Assembly (NCBI GenBank): GCA_963785725.1
Contig: CAWAWS010000024.1
Location: 6,937-70,936, forward strand
From: an uncultured delta proteobacterium
GTDB lineage: Bacteria; Myxococcota_A; Polyangia; Palsa-1104
Direction of reading: 5' to 3'
DNA length: 64,000 nucleotides
Shown: positions 63,814-64,000 of the stretch, in pieces
Position numbering within the stretch: the stretch's first letter is position 1
Layout of the letters: the number at the start of each line of letters is the position of its first letter
Made by a program: the position numbers and the translations under genes
Notes under the pieces: model-generated
Databases searched by the model: none
What the model saw: only the letters and a program-made list of their open reading frames with translations
What the model was told of the DNA's origin: nothing

Positions 63814-64000
63814 ATGCGCAACTTCGTACGAGTCACCGCGTTCGCCGTCTTGTTCGCGCCCGCCCTCGGATTCGCCGACGACAAGGTCAAAGACACCGCC
63901 GGCAACGCGGCACACACCGGCATCGACGCCGTCGTCGACAGCGGGCGCACCGTCGGTCGCACGACGAAGGCCGCGGTCAAAGGCGGAACGCCGGCCGCGA
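63814..64000 (+). CDS. secreted hypothetical protein, 3' end beyond window
   Basis: ATG 63814. Signal MRNFVRVTAFAVLFAPALGFA|DD. Frame is open to the window edge. Confidence 0.4.
   Translation, partial: MRNFVRVTAFAVLFAPALGFADDKVKDTAGNAAHTGIDAVVDSGRTVGRTTKAAVKGGTPAA

Overview
Very GC-rich (roughly 70% by eye, not computed), densely coding chromosomal DNA. It is almost certainly from a myxobacterium: it has a MYXO-CTERM sorting tail, eukaryote-like Ser/Thr kinases with PEGA domains, FHA proteins, an NtrC-type sigma-54 activator and several Cys-rich repeat lipoproteins. I call about 72 protein-coding features. By eye I found no rRNA, tRNA, CRISPR array, transposase, integrase or obvious prophage. 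Many of the long track ORFs are Arg/Ala-rich shadow frames lying antisense or off-frame to real genes, and I rejected them. Housekeeping and stress genes include a Fur-family regulator with ahpC-ahpD, ybaK, DJ-1, an M1 peptidase, a GNAT, an SmtA-like metallothionein and a cytochrome P460-like lipoprotein. The regions most worth a second look are: (1) 38.2-44.7 kb, a tightly spaced co-directional array behind a strong sigma-54 promoter match: GT21-like lipid glycosyltransferase, secreted START protein, WYL regulator, EVE protein and two lipoproteins carrying the full PHM/DBH copper-monooxygenase ligand pattern (one fused to a CxxCH haem motif and TPRs), facing a CxxS redoxin lipoprotein. (2) 46.5-52.3 kb, a four-gene translationally coupled operon led by a PEGA Ser/Thr kinase, next to two paralogous XRE regulators with shared AT-rich palindromes. 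(3) 25.7-29.7 kb: pseudokinase-PEGA, a surface-tethered protein with an N-terminal His like LPMO/His-brace proteins, a TMEM175-type K+ channel and a Zn-ribbon protein. (4) An FHA-GAF-cyclase gene broken by three separate +1 frame changes. (5) Several unusual repeats: a 7-bp array inside an ORF tail, 40-nt intergenic direct repeats and an iteron-like array. All functional calls rest on motifs read by eye. No searches were run, and start codons are uncertain by a few codons in many cases.
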